Source of the DNA: a bacterium
GTDB lineage: Bacteria > Patescibacteriota > Microgenomatia > UBA1406 > GWC2-37-13
Assembly: GCA_021825445.1 (NCBI GenBank)
Contig: JAKAHA010000005.1
Location: 21,316 to 85,315, forward strand
Length of the DNA: 64,000 nt
Direction of reading: 5' to 3'
A program made the translations under genes and the position numbers. The notes under the pieces are model-generated. The model saw only the letters and a program-made list of their open reading frames with translations, did not search any database and had not been told where the DNA came from. Shown here piece by piece: positions 1 to 9,664 of this stretch. Within the stretch, counting starts at the first letter, position 1. Every line of letters begins with the position of its first letter.

Positions 1-3000
1 GACAACAGATAATTTACCTGCAATTTCGGCAATTGGGGAGACAATCTTTGGTGTTCTTGTTTCAAATAATTCTTCGACACGTGGCAATCCTTGAGTCACG
101 TCGGAAATTACAATTCCTCCAAAGTGGCGGACACGCATTGTAAGCTGAGTTCCTGGTTCTCCAATTGATTGAGCTGCCATGACTCCGACTGGAACACCGA
201 TCTCAACAATTTTATTTGTCGACATATCAGTTCCGTAACATTTCTGACAGACCCCGTAAGGTGATGCACAGTATAGAGGTGATCTAACTGTGATTTTGGT
301 AATATTATTTTTTTCGATTAATTCGATTGCCTCGTTATCGATTAATTGATTGGCTTTAATCAAAACTTCTCCTTTTTCATTACTTAAATCATTTAGAATA
401 AATCTATTTTTAATTCTTTCTTTGAATTTTTCGCCTCGTGACATTGTGGTTGATATTGTTAAACCTTCGGTTACTTTACAGTCTTCTTCTCGGACAATCA
501 TATCGTGTGAAGTATCAACTAATCGGCGGGTCAAATATCCGGCATCAGCTGTTTTTAGAGCTGAGTCGGTCAAACCTTTTCTGGCGCCTCTTGCAGAAAT
601 TACATATTCAAAAATAGATAGACCTTGGCGATAGTTTGATTTGGTTGGGACTTCAATGATTTTACCCATTGGATCAACAACAAGCCCTTTCATAGCTGCC
701 AATTGTTTCAATTGTTCTTTAGAAGCTCTAGCTCCTCCTGATTTAATGATTATTTTTACTGGATTTTCTTCATCAAGTGCGGTCCATGTTTTATCTGCTA
801 ATTTTTCAGTGACTTCAATCCAAAGTTTATTAGAATATCTTCTTTTTTCTTCTGTCGTGAGTAATCCCTGTTCAAAATTTTTTGTTATTTTTTCAATCTC
901 TGTTTCCGCTTCATTAATAATCTTTGTTTTTTCAGGAATTATTTGACAGTCGAAAATCGATAATGACAATCCACCGGCAATAGTTGACGCCCAGAAACCA
1001 ATATCTTTCAACTTGTCAATCAAATCTCCAACTTTTTCATTTTCAAATATTTTCATGGCAGCAACAACGATATTTTTCAAATCTGATGCTTTAACTTCGG
1101 CATTCACAAATCTGAGTTCTGGAGGCAAGGCTTGATTAAATATGATTCGTCCAACAGTTGTTTTTATTATTTTTCCATTGATTCCTACATTTATTGGTTG
1201 TCGAAGACCAATTTTTCCGATTGCCTGAAATCTCATCGCTTCGTTTTCAGTTGCAAAGAATTTGATATCTTCGTCCTTTTCAATATCTAAATGACTATCG
1301 ATAGTTGTTAAGTAATAACAACCGAGAGCCATTTCTTTGTTTGGAAGAACGATAGGTGAGCCATCTGATGGTTTGAGCAAGTTGTGATAAGGAAACATTC
1401 TTGATTTAACTTCCTCGATCGCCATGTTAGATAATGGCAAAAATACTCCCATAGCATCTCCATCGAAATCGGCGTTGTATCCTGAACATACAGCAGGATG
1501 AAGTTTGATGGCATTGTCATCGGTGAGCATTGGATAAAATCCCAAGATTGATAGTTTGTGTAATGTTGGGGCACGGTTCAAAAGAACTGGATGATTTTTT
1601 GTGATTTGCTCCAGTATATCATAAACAACAGGATCTCTTTTTTCTAAGAATAATTTTGCACTTTTAATATTTGGAGCAAGACCTCGAATAATAATTTCAT
1701 GCAATAAATATGGTTTGAATAATTCCAAAGCCATTTCGCGTGGAAGACCACATTGATTTAATTTGAGTTCTGGTCCAACAACGATGGTGCTACGCCCAGA
1801 ATAATCAACTCTCTTTCCTAGTAAATTTTGTCTAAATCGTCCTTGTTTTCCTCTTAAAATATCGGACAATGATTTTTGTACTTTAGTATTTGCTCCAGCC
1901 CCTCGACTTTTCCCTCTGGATTTTTGCAAATCAATGAGCGAATCAACAGCTTCCTGTAACATTCTTTTTTCGTTTCTAAGAATTATTTCAGGTGCTCCAA
2001 GATCAATTAATTGTTTCAAACGATTATTTCGATTAATTACTCTTCGGTAAAAATCATTCAAATCTGATGTTGCAAATTTTCCTCCAGGCAGCTGGACAAC
2101 AGGTCGAAGATCTGGTGGGATAACTGGCAGGACTGTCAGCACAATCCACTTAGGATCAATTTTTGCTTTTATAAAAGCTTCAAGGACTCGGGCTTTTTTG
2201 AGAAGTTTATTTCTCTTTTCACCTTTTGTTTCACTTAATAATTCTAGAGTATGAGTATACTGCTTGGTAAGATTGTAATTTGACAAAATTTCATATAAAA
2301 CCTCAGAACCCATGCCAACACTCAAAAAGCTATCAATATTATTTTCTTTAAAGAACAAGTAATCATCTTCTTCTATAACATCAGTTGCTCTAATTGATCG
2401 GGCAATCTTTGCGACCCTTTCAAAATATGCTGATTTTTTGGTCTTTGTATCAACTTGTTCATTAGATAACAATTTTAATTGTTCTCGTTTCTTAAATTCT
2501 ACTTCTTGTTTTGCAATTTCCCATTGTTCTTTATTGGCAATTTTTTTCTCAAGTTGAGCGTATTGTTTTTCAAAATTTGTATTAATTTCTTCTTCTTTAA
2601 CAACAAAATCATCTTCAATTTTTTTCAATTCGGCTTTTTGTAATTCATCAATAACCTTAAGTGTCTTTTTTTGATTTTCTTTATCAACTTCTTTAACTAA
2701 ATAAAGAGCATAATAGATAACTCTTTCTAGAGCTTGTGGAGGGACATCTAAAATAACACTTAAAGTGGAAGATGTTCCTTTAAAATACCAAATGTGGGCG
2801 ATAGGAGAGGCAAGTTTGATATGACCCATTCTTTCGCGACGTACCGCTGATGTTGTGATTTCGACTCCACAGCGATCGCAAACGATTCCCTTGTAACGCA
2901 TTCTTTTATATTTTCCACAGTAACATTCATAATCTTTAGTAGGTCCAAAGATTCTTTCATCAAAAAGTCCATCCTTTTCAGCGCGAAATGTGCGATAATT

Positions 3001-3108
3001 GATTGTCTCTGGTTTAACAACTTCTCCATGAGACCATTTGATAATAGTTTCAGGTGAGGCAAAAGTAATTCTTAGTCCTGAAAAATCAACTGTGTTAATA
3101 TCTTCCAT
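1..3108 (-). CDS. rpoC: DNA-directed RNA polymerase subunit beta-prime, N-terminal 1036 codons (3' end lies beyond position 1, so it is absent from the ORF track)
   Basis: Hand translation of the minus strand from ATG at 3108 gives [36 protein letters not shown]. The same frame at 120..1 gives [40 protein letters not shown]. Both are conserved RpoC segments. The gene starts 3 nt after the rpoB stop. Confidence 0.93.
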   Translation of the reverse strand, partial: MEDINTVDFSGLRITFASPETIIKWSHGEVVKPETINYRTFRAEKDGLFDERIFGPTKDYECYCGKYKRMRYKGIVCDRCGVEITTSAVRRERMGHIKLASPIAHIWYFKGTSSTLSVILDVPPQALERVIYYALYLVKEVDKENQKKTLKVIDELQKAELKKIEDDFVVKEEEINTNFEKQYAQLEKKIANKEQWEIAKQEVEFKKREQLKLLSNEQVDTKTKKSAYFERVAKIARSIRATDVIEEDDYLFFKENNIDSFLSVGMGSEVLYEILSNYNLTKQYTHTLELLSETKGEKRNKLLKKARVLEAFIKAKIDPKWIVLTVLPVIPPDLRPVVQLPGGKFATSDLNDFYRRVINRNNRLKQLIDLGAPEIILRNEKRMLQEAVDSLIDLQKSRGKSRGAGANTKVQKSLSDILRGKQGRFRQNLLGKRVDYSGRSTIVVGPELKLNQCGLPREMALELFKPYLLHEIIIRGLAPNIKSAKLFLEKRDPVVYDILEQITKNHPVLLNRAPTLHKLSILGFYPMLTDDNAIKLHPAVCSGYNADFDGDAMGVFLPLSNMAIEEVKSRMFPYHNLLKPSDGSPIVLPNKEMALGCYYLTTIDSHLDIEKDEDIKFFATENEAMRFQAIGKIGLRQPINVGINGKIIKTTVGRIIFNQALPPELRFVNAEVKASDLKNIVVAAMKIFENEKVGDLIDKLKDIGFWASTIAGGLSLSIFDCQIIPEKTKIINEAETEIEKITKNFEQGLLTTEEKRRYSNKLWIEVTEKLADKTWTALDEENPVKIIIKSGGARASKEQLKQLAAMKGLVVDPMGKIIEVPTKSNYRQGLSIFEYVISARGARKGLTDSALKTADAGYLTRRLVDTSHDMIVREEDCKVTEGLTISTTMSRGEKFKERIKNRFILNDLSNEKGEVLIKANQLIDNEAIELIEKNNITKITVRSPLYCASPYGVCQKCYGTDMSTNKIVEIGVPVGVMAAQSIGEPGTQLTMRVRHFGGIVISDVTQGLPRVEELFETRTPKIVSPIAEIAGKLSVV

Positions 3109-3111
3109 ATC

Positions 3112-6100
3112 TTATTTACTGTAATCAATTGATAATCCTAATGCGTTTAATTCTTTAACCAATACGTGGAATGATTCAGGAACTGATGATTGTGGAATGT
3201 CGATACCTTTGATAATTGATTCAAAAGCTTTTGTTCGTCCACGGACATCATCACTCTTGATTGTTAATAATTCTTGCAATGTATGTGGGACTCGGTGTGA
3301 TTCAAGAGCCCAGACCTCCATCTCTCCAAATCGCTGTCCTCCAAGTTGTGATTTTCCACCAAGTGGTTGCTGAGTGACTAAAGAGTAAGGTCCGACTGAT
3401 CTGGCATGGAACTTATCTTCAATCATGTGAATCAACTTGATGATGTAGGTTGTTCCAACTAAAGCCTTTCTTTCATAAGGTAAACCTGTTTGACCATCAT
3501 AAAGAGTGACTTTATTATCAATAGGTAATCCAGAATCTTTAAGTTCATTAGTAATAAAATCTTCTTTTATTTTTTCAAAAACTGGAACGGAAATATCAGT
3601 ATGAGTATGTTTTGCAATAACCCCCATTAAATTTTCAAATAATTGACCCAAATTCATACGTGACAAAATTGAAAGAGGGGACAAGATAACGTCGACTGGT
3701 GTACCATCTTCCAAATATGGCATATCCCATGCAGGTAATATCTTTGAAATAACGCCTTTGTTTCCATGTCGTCCAGCTAGTTTATCTCCTACAGTTATTT
3801 TTCTAAGTTGAGCAGTATTAACAATGATTCTTTGCAATACACTCGGCTCAAGTTCGTTGGGATCTTTTTTACCATTGATTGTTTCGATATTGATAATTGA
3901 ACCTCTTTTTCCATAAGGCATTCTGAGGGATGTGTCTTTAATATCTTTAGCTTTTTCTCCAAATATTGCCCTAAGCAATCTTTCTTCGGCTGTTAATTCT
4001 TTTTCACCTTTTGGTGCAACTTTACCGACTAATACGTCTCCACCTTTTACTTCAGTACCGATTGTAACCAAACCTTCCTTGTCAAGATTTTGAAGAATTT
4101 CTTCTCGAACATTTGGTATATCTCGAGTCAATTCTTCTGGTCCAAGTTTAGTATCAATAACATCAGCAATGAACTCTTCCATTGTAATTGAACTAAGAAT
4201 ATCTTCTTTAACTAATCTATCTGAGATAACAAATCCATCTTCATAACCTAAACCGTTTAGCGATGAATAGGCGACCAATAAATTTTTTCCTAATGCCAAT
4301 CGACCTCTGTCGGTTGAAGGACCATCAATGATTATTTCACCTTTTTTTACTTTTTGATCTTTACTAATCTTTGGTCTTTGGTCAAACGCGACATTTTTAT
4401 TTGTACGATTATATCTTTCCAATTTATATTCATAAGTTTTTCCACTTTTTCCTTTATAAACTACTTTTTGACCATCAACATATTTGACGACTCCATCCTC
4501 TGACGCTTTTATAGTTCTTCCTAGTGAAATACTTACCTTTTCTTCAAGTCCAGTTCCAACCATAGGTGCTTCAGGATTTATCAATGGTACAGCTTGACAT
4601 TGCATGTGGCTTCCCATGAGAGCTCTCGACGCATCATCGTTTTGTAGGAAAGGAATAAGAGATGCTGATGCTCCAAGTACTTGACGTGGTGAAACATCAA
4701 TTAGATCAATTTTTTCAACTAGAGTTTCAATCAGATCGCCATCATGACGGGCCGTAAGTATCTGATCTGTCAAATATCCTTTTTCATCTATGTTGGCATC
4801 TCCTGAGGTAATATAATATTTTTCTTCATCATCGGCTTGCAAATATATAATTTCATTCGAAATCTTTACTTTTAATTTGCCTCCAACTTTTTCTTTAATG
4901 AGTTTTTTATAAGGAGTTTCTAAAAATCCATATTTATTTATTTTGGCATAAAGAGCCATATAAGTGACGACACCAATATTTGGACCCTCAGGAGAACGGA
5001 TTGGACAAATTCTTCCATATTGAGATGAAGAAATATCACGGATGGAGAAGGAGGCTCTCTCTTTTTCAATTCCACCAGGTCCACCGACTGTAATTCTTCT
5101 TAAATTATCAAGTTCTGACAATGGATTTGTTTGATCAACGATTGTTGAAAGCTGACTTGTTCTATAAAAAGAATTTATAGCAACGATTAATGGTTTTGAA
5201 TTAACAACCTGTGATGGGACGACATTTAATTCTTCCCCAGATATCAAACTCATTCGTTCTTTTATTTCTCGCTCTACTCGAACCATACCAACGCGAATTC
5301 CATAAAGGCTGATTAATTCTCCAACAGTTCGAAGTCTTCGGTTACCTAAATGGTCAATATCATCAAACTCTCCCTTGTTTTGAGTCAAAAGTAGAAGATA
5401 TTTAATAGAGGCAACGATATCTTCTTTAGTGAGTAATCTATTTTCTTTTTTTATTTCAATGTTAAGTCCAAGCTTTTTGTTGATTTTATATCTTCCAACA
5501 TCGGCTAAAGAATACCTTTTTTGATTGAAAAGAAGATTGTTTATTGTTTCGTAAGCATTTTCCAAAATCAAAGGTTCGCCTGGTCTTATTTTTCGATAAA
5601 TTTCCAACACTGCATCATCCTTGCTTTTAGTTTGATCTTTTTTGAGGGTTGGGATAAGATATTTTTCAACGAGACTTCGGTCAATATCAGAGAAGTAGTT
5701 GATAATATCTGATTCACTGTCATTTTCAAACACTTTCAAAAATACTGTTGATAAAAATTTTCTTTTTTTATTAATCTTCATTTCGATTAAACCATTTTTG
5801 TTAATCGTCATGTCAAGCCAAGCTCCAATATATGGTCTAATTTCTGCGTTGTATAAAGTTAACCCCGTTGTTTTATCAATCTCGGCAGTAAAGTAAACTC
5901 CAGGCGATCTAACAATTTGATTAATAATAGCTCTTTCAATACCATTGATGATAAAGGTTCCGCGATCGGTCATTTTTGGTAAATTAAAGAAATATATGTC
6001 TTGTTTCTTTTCAATATTAGTTTTTTTATTGACTAATCTTAATTTCAAATAAACGGGTGTATCGTAGGTTAATTTCTTTTTGTAGCATAGATCGATATCA

Positions 6101-6330
6101 TATCGAGGCTCGCCAAAATAAAGGTCTTCAAAATAAATTGTAAATTTCTTCTTTGTGTAATCATCAATAGGAAAGAATTCGTTAAATATCTCTTTTAATT
6201 TAAAATCAGTAAAATCAGCCCAAGAATTTTTTTGGACCTCAATTAGATTAAAGTTTTCAAGTAGTTCGTCTTCCTTTCCGAGAAATAAACTTTTGCGAGG
6301 TAAAATATTTGATTTAATAGTTTTGTTCAT
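3112..6330 (-). CDS. rpoB: DNA-directed RNA polymerase subunit beta
   Basis: 1072-aa ORF with hallmark beta-subunit segments (AGRHGNKGVISKI, SRMNLGQ, GGQRFGEMEVWALE), immediately upstream of rpoC. Confidence 0.97.
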   Translation of the reverse strand: MNKTIKSNILPRKSLFLGKEDELLENFNLIEVQKNSWADFTDFKLKEIFNEFFPIDDYTKKKFTIYFEDLYFGEPRYDIDLCYKKKLTYDTPVYLKLRLVNKKTNIEKKQDIYFFNLPKMTDRGTFIINGIERAIINQIVRSPGVYFTAEIDKTTGLTLYNAEIRPYIGAWLDMTINKNGLIEMKINKKRKFLSTVFLKVFENDSESDIINYFSDIDRSLVEKYLIPTLKKDQTKSKDDAVLEIYRKIRPGEPLILENAYETINNLLFNQKRYSLADVGRYKINKKLGLNIEIKKENRLLTKEDIVASIKYLLLLTQNKGEFDDIDHLGNRRLRTVGELISLYGIRVGMVRVEREIKERMSLISGEELNVVPSQVVNSKPLIVAINSFYRTSQLSTIVDQTNPLSELDNLRRITVGGPGGIEKERASFSIRDISSSQYGRICPIRSPEGPNIGVVTYMALYAKINKYGFLETPYKKLIKEKVGGKLKVKISNEIIYLQADDEEKYYITSGDANIDEKGYLTDQILTARHDGDLIETLVEKIDLIDVSPRQVLGASASLIPFLQNDDASRALMGSHMQCQAVPLINPEAPMVGTGLEEKVSISLGRTIKASEDGVVKYVDGQKVVYKGKSGKTYEYKLERYNRTNKNVAFDQRPKISKDQKVKKGEIIIDGPSTDRGRLALGKNLLVAYSSLNGLGYEDGFVISDRLVKEDILSSITMEEFIADVIDTKLGPEELTRDIPNVREEILQNLDKEGLVTIGTEVKGGDVLVGKVAPKGEKELTAEERLLRAIFGEKAKDIKDTSLRMPYGKRGSIINIETINGKKDPNELEPSVLQRIIVNTAQLRKITVGDKLAGRHGNKGVISKILPAWDMPYLEDGTPVDVILSPLSILSRMNLGQLFENLMGVIAKHTHTDISVPVFEKIKEDFITNELKDSGLPIDNKVTLYDGQTGLPYERKALVGTTYIIKLIHMIEDKFHARSVGPYSLVTQQPLGGKSQLGGQRFGEMEVWALESHRVPHTLQELLTIKSDDVRGRTKAFESIIKGIDIPQSSVPESFHVLVKELNALGLSIDYSK

Positions 6331-6362
6331 CAGGTAAGTTCAATTAATATTTTATTAACAAC

Positions 6363-6434
6363 AAAAACCCCAGTACACATGACGGGGAGTTAAAAAAACT
6401 AATATATCATACAAAACGCCATAAGTAAAGTCAA
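6363..6434 (-). promoter_or_regulatory. Putative sigma70-type promoter plus weak leader hairpin/U-tract upstream of rpoB
   Basis: Minus strand reads TTGACT (6434-6429), 17-nt spacer, TATGAT (6411-6406). This is followed by CCCC(6387-6384)...GGGG(6371-6368) and TTTTT (6367-6363). Confidence 0.3.
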
Positions 6435-6465
6435 TCGGTATTTATTTCTTCATTGTAAATAATGT

Positions 6466-7485
6466 TTATGGAATATATTGTTCAGTTATTTTAGTCACTG
6501 TTCCATTTTTTAAATCTATCCAATAAGGCAAATCTTTTGCTGCTGAGTTTGATTCAAGAATTTTTATAAAGTCACTCAAACTAACTGTTTTATTTGTCAT
6601 ATTGCCGTCAGCTGGATAAACTATTTGATTTATTAAAACATTTTGTTCAATGGGAAAATTTACAGTTTCATTTGAAGGGTTGTCTATTCGATAACCATTT
6701 GGTTGATTATTATCACTAATCATTTCAATTAAATCCAGAGAAATAGTGCTGCTATTAATCGATTTAATATAACTAAGTTTTTTTTCTGTAACTATTTTTG
6801 TAGAATTATCCACAAACCTAAACGTCGAGAGGATTTGGTCAATTTTTTGTAATGATCTTTTTTCAACATTCATGATCTGTACCATAGTAATGAATCTTGT
6901 ATTTGTAAAAAAATAATATTTTTGTGTTTTATCTTGAATTTGAGTATTTAAAGTAAGTGTATCCATATTGCCGATTTTAATAATATTTCTATCAATAATT
7001 TTTTCATTTGAATTAAAAATCGAAGAACATGAATTTTCAAAGCAAGATTTGACCTTATATGAGTCAATTAATTTTAGACCATCCTTATTTTCTGTAGAAA
7101 TAAAATATAATACTTTATTATCATTTTCATTGACCAAAGCAATATTAACTCCATAATCTGCCCCAACTTGTACTATTTTCCAGTTAGGAGGGTAGGAAAC
7201 ATAATATTTTATTAACTCATTTTTATAAGTCTTCCACGATGTCGTTTCGTCAGCTGGGGTGGTGGATAACGGTTTAATAACAGTAGTAGTCGGGATAATC
7301 TGTTGACTAATAATTTGGTTCTGAAGTTTTTGATTTTGGAAAATTAAATAGCCAATTAATCCTAATGTAATTATTGCCAATATGGGGAAAATAACTATTT
7401 TTAAATAGTTTGGTTTTGGTTGAAAGTAGGGAATTTGAATAGGAGTTTGAAGAGGTTGTTGGGGTGGGGTTTGGGTTGTGTCCAT
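6466..7485 (-). CDS. Hypothetical membrane-anchored protein (Pro/Gln-rich N-terminus, one TM helix, extracytoplasmic domain of unknown family)
   Basis: 339-aa ORF with hydrophobic segment IVIFPILAIITLGLIGYLIF. No family recognised. Confidence 0.6.
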   Translation of the reverse strand: MDTTQTPPQQPLQTPIQIPYFQPKPNYLKIVIFPILAIITLGLIGYLIFQNQKLQNQIISQQIIPTTTVIKPLSTTPADETTSWKTYKNELIKYYVSYPPNWKIVQVGADYGVNIALVNENDNKVLYFISTENKDGLKLIDSYKVKSCFENSCSSIFNSNEKIIDRNIIKIGNMDTLTLNTQIQDKTQKYYFFTNTRFITMVQIMNVEKRSLQKIDQILSTFRFVDNSTKIVTEKKLSYIKSINSSTISLDLIEMISDNNQPNGYRIDNPSNETVNFPIEQNVLINQIVYPADGNMTNKTVSLSDFIKILESNSAAKDLPYWIDLKNGTVTKITEQYIP

Positions 7486-7505
7486 AAAACAATAGTAGCA
7501 GAAGT

Positions 7506-7766
7506 TTATGACTTAAAGAAAGTTTTTTTGGAGTGATGAGGATGATAAATTCGGTTTTTCATTTTTTCAAGAAGCGTAGTCAAATTAACCTTCTTCTTCA
7601 CTATTTTATCCTTCTTGATTTCTGGATGTTTAATAACAAACTTAGTTTCTTTTCCATGATCTTTTTTTAATTGTTTTAAAAGTGAGATTAATTGGACGCT
7701 GACTATTATTAAAAGAACAGTGGTAATAGTGACGGCAGTTGAAAGTAGTAATTGTGTCGTATCCAT
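7506..7766 (-). CDS. Small single-pass membrane protein, unknown function
   Basis: 86-aa ORF, N-terminal TM helix then Lys-rich tail. Tightly packed between neighbouring genes. Confidence 0.5.
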   Translation of the reverse strand: MDTTQLLLSTAVTITTVLLIIVSVQLISLLKQLKKDHGKETKFVIKHPEIKKDKIVKKKVNLTTLLEKMKNRIYHPHHSKKTFFKS

Positions 7767-7768
7767 AT

Positions 7769-8509
7769 TTAAAGCTGTCCTAATCGGACTTTTTCAGCAA
7801 CAAGATTATTGGCTCGAAGAAGCTCATCATGAGAAGTTCCGGCGTCAATCCACCAATCAAGAAGATCACATGTCAAAGTGCCCTCTTTCAAATAAAAATT
7901 ATTAAGGTCGGTTACCTCCATTTCGCCCCTTGCAGATGGTGACTGTTTTTTTATAAAATCAAAAACTCTTTTATCATAAACATAGATACCAGTTTGGGCT
8001 ATATTTGATTTTGGTTTTTCCGGTTTTTCAACAATTGAAATAACTTTTCCAGCCGAATCGATTTCTATAACTCCATAATGTTTTGATTCCATTTCTGGCA
8101 TTTTTATTCCAAAAACCACCGCTCCTTTTTCTTGTTTTTTAAATTTTTCTATAGTCGGTTTTAAATCATAATTAAATATATTATCTCCCAAAACTACGGC
8201 GATCTGATCGCCTTTGGCAAATTCTTCAGCCTGTCCAATCGCATGGGCAATTCCTCCTTTTGGATTTTCTTGAACTGAATAATATAATTTGACACCAAAT
8301 TGATCCCCGCCTTTAAGTAAATTTGCAAATTGACCTGCATGATCAGGAGAGCTTGAGATAAGGATTTCTTTTATACCAGCTCTAACGAGTGATTCCAATG
8401 GATAGTAAATCATCGGCTTATTATAAATAGGCAAAAGATGTTTATTGGTTACCCAAGTTAGCGGGCGAAGTCGAGTAGCGAGACCTCCTGCAAGAATTAA
8501 TCCTTTCAT
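7769..8509 (-). CDS. Sugar-1-phosphate nucleotidyltransferase (short-form glucose-1-phosphate thymidylyltransferase-like)
   Basis: N-terminal MKGLILAGGLATRLRPLT (G-x-G-T-R-L signature). Length and overall pattern match RmlA-type enzymes. Confidence 0.85.
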   Translation of the reverse strand: MKGLILAGGLATRLRPLTWVTNKHLLPIYNKPMIYYPLESLVRAGIKEILISSSPDHAGQFANLLKGGDQFGVKLYYSVQENPKGGIAHAIGQAEEFAKGDQIAVVLGDNIFNYDLKPTIEKFKKQEKGAVVFGIKMPEMESKHYGVIEIDSAGKVISIVEKPEKPKSNIAQTGIYVYDKRVFDFIKKQSPSARGEMEVTDLNNFYLKEGTLTCDLLDWWIDAGTSHDELLRANNLVAEKVRLGQL

Positions 8510-8518
8510 AAATTTTTC

Positions 8519-8803
8519 TTATGGCAAAATAATAATTTTCAATAAAAAAATTACTATAAAAGCTATAAGGATATATTCTACCACAGTTTTCAAATGGAGG
8601 GTTCCACTTATTATGTGGTGGTAAATACCCCAAACGATGTAAAACAAAGCAAATGAAACTAGAACAAAAAATTCAATTTCTTTTTGTCCGCGAAAAATAT
8701 TGAAAAGAATTAAAAAAAATATTCCCGCTGTAAAAAGCAACAAATAGTCCAAGAAATGGTTCTTAAGTTCTTTTTCTAAATTTTTATAAAGATGTTTTGT
8801 CAT
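8519..8803 (-). CDS. Small polytopic membrane protein, unknown function
   Basis: 94-aa ORF with about three hydrophobic helices. Confidence 0.5.
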   Translation of the reverse strand: MTKHLYKNLEKELKNHFLDYLLLFTAGIFFLILFNIFRGQKEIEFFVLVSFALFYIVWGIYHHIISGTLHLKTVVEYILIAFIVIFLLKIIILP

Positions 8804-8806
8804 GGT

Positions 8807-9664
8807 TTATATTATTGTACCGATTGTCGACATAAATAAACCAATCAGTACAAAAATTATAAATAATAAATGAGCAGTGTTTTTTCCTCCAATTCTTATA
8901 ATGTTAAATTTGGATGCAAAATAAAAATCAAGTACCAATGCCAACATAAGAAACATCATGAAAATAATATTGAGGTTAAAGGTGAAGTGAAAAGCGTTGA
9001 ACTTTGGTTGAATGGCTTTTTGAGTAACAATTTGCTCAGTATTTTTTGGTACGACTTCACTTGCCTGGACTGCCGGAGGAGTAAATGGATTACTACTTGC
9101 CATTGGTTTTCCAAATTCTTGGACAACTAAAGTAGTTTGTTCACCATTTAAAGTTCCGTTGACGATTGCATAACCAACTTCTGTATATTCTCGCTTCAAT
9201 AAATTATCTCTATGAGTGGTCGAATTCATCCAAGCATCAACAACGCCATTGCTAAATAAAAAATTTTTTGCTAAATTTTCTCCGGCATACTCATATTTAT
9301 AACCAGCTCCCAATATAAAATCCCAAGGGGTTTTTCCATCGGGAGAGTAGTGCGACCAATAATTTTCTTGAAACATATTTTCAGCTTTTTTTTGAGCGGC
9401 TAATGCTAAAGAAGAATTTAGAGATAATGGTGGTAAACCGTTTTTTTGTCTTTGTTCATTTGTTAGTTGATAAAGTTTTTCCACACTAATGTCTGTTGCA
9501 AATCCCAGTACGTCATGTAGGTTCCCCTGTTTAAAAACCATCATCATTAAAAAGGCGATTACAAGGTAGATCGTTAAAAAATCGGTGTGTAAACTTTTGG
9601 CTCGAAAGTTATTTTCTTCATGTGGAACAAAAAGACGATGAATAAAAGTTTTTATTTTTTCCAT
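8807..9664 (-). CDS. CAP/SCP (PR-1-like) domain protein with flanking TM helices
   Basis: Contains LNSSLALAAQKKAENMFQENYWSHYSPDG...AGENLAKNF...VDAWMNSTTHRDNLL, typical of SCP/CAP domains. Confidence 0.75.
   Translation of the reverse strand: MEKIKTFIHRLFVPHEENNFRAKSLHTDFLTIYLVIAFLMMMVFKQGNLHDVLGFATDISVEKLYQLTNEQRQKNGLPPLSLNSSLALAAQKKAENMFQENYWSHYSPDGKTPWDFILGAGYKYEYAGENLAKNFLFSNGVVDAWMNSTTHRDNLLKREYTEVGYAIVNGTLNGEQTTLVVQEFGKPMASSNPFTPPAVQASEVVPKNTEQIVTQKAIQPKFNAFHFTFNLNIIFMMFLMLALVLDFYFASKFNIIRIGGKNTAHLLFIIFVLIGLFMSTIGTII

Noticed and set aside
350-3062. Track ORFs 350..634(+), 641..946(+), 1308..1574(-) and 2760..3062(-), lying within 1-3108
   Set aside because: All lie inside or antisense to the open rpoC frame, which I verified at both ends. 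They have low-complexity or hydrophobic antisense-type composition, so they are spurious.
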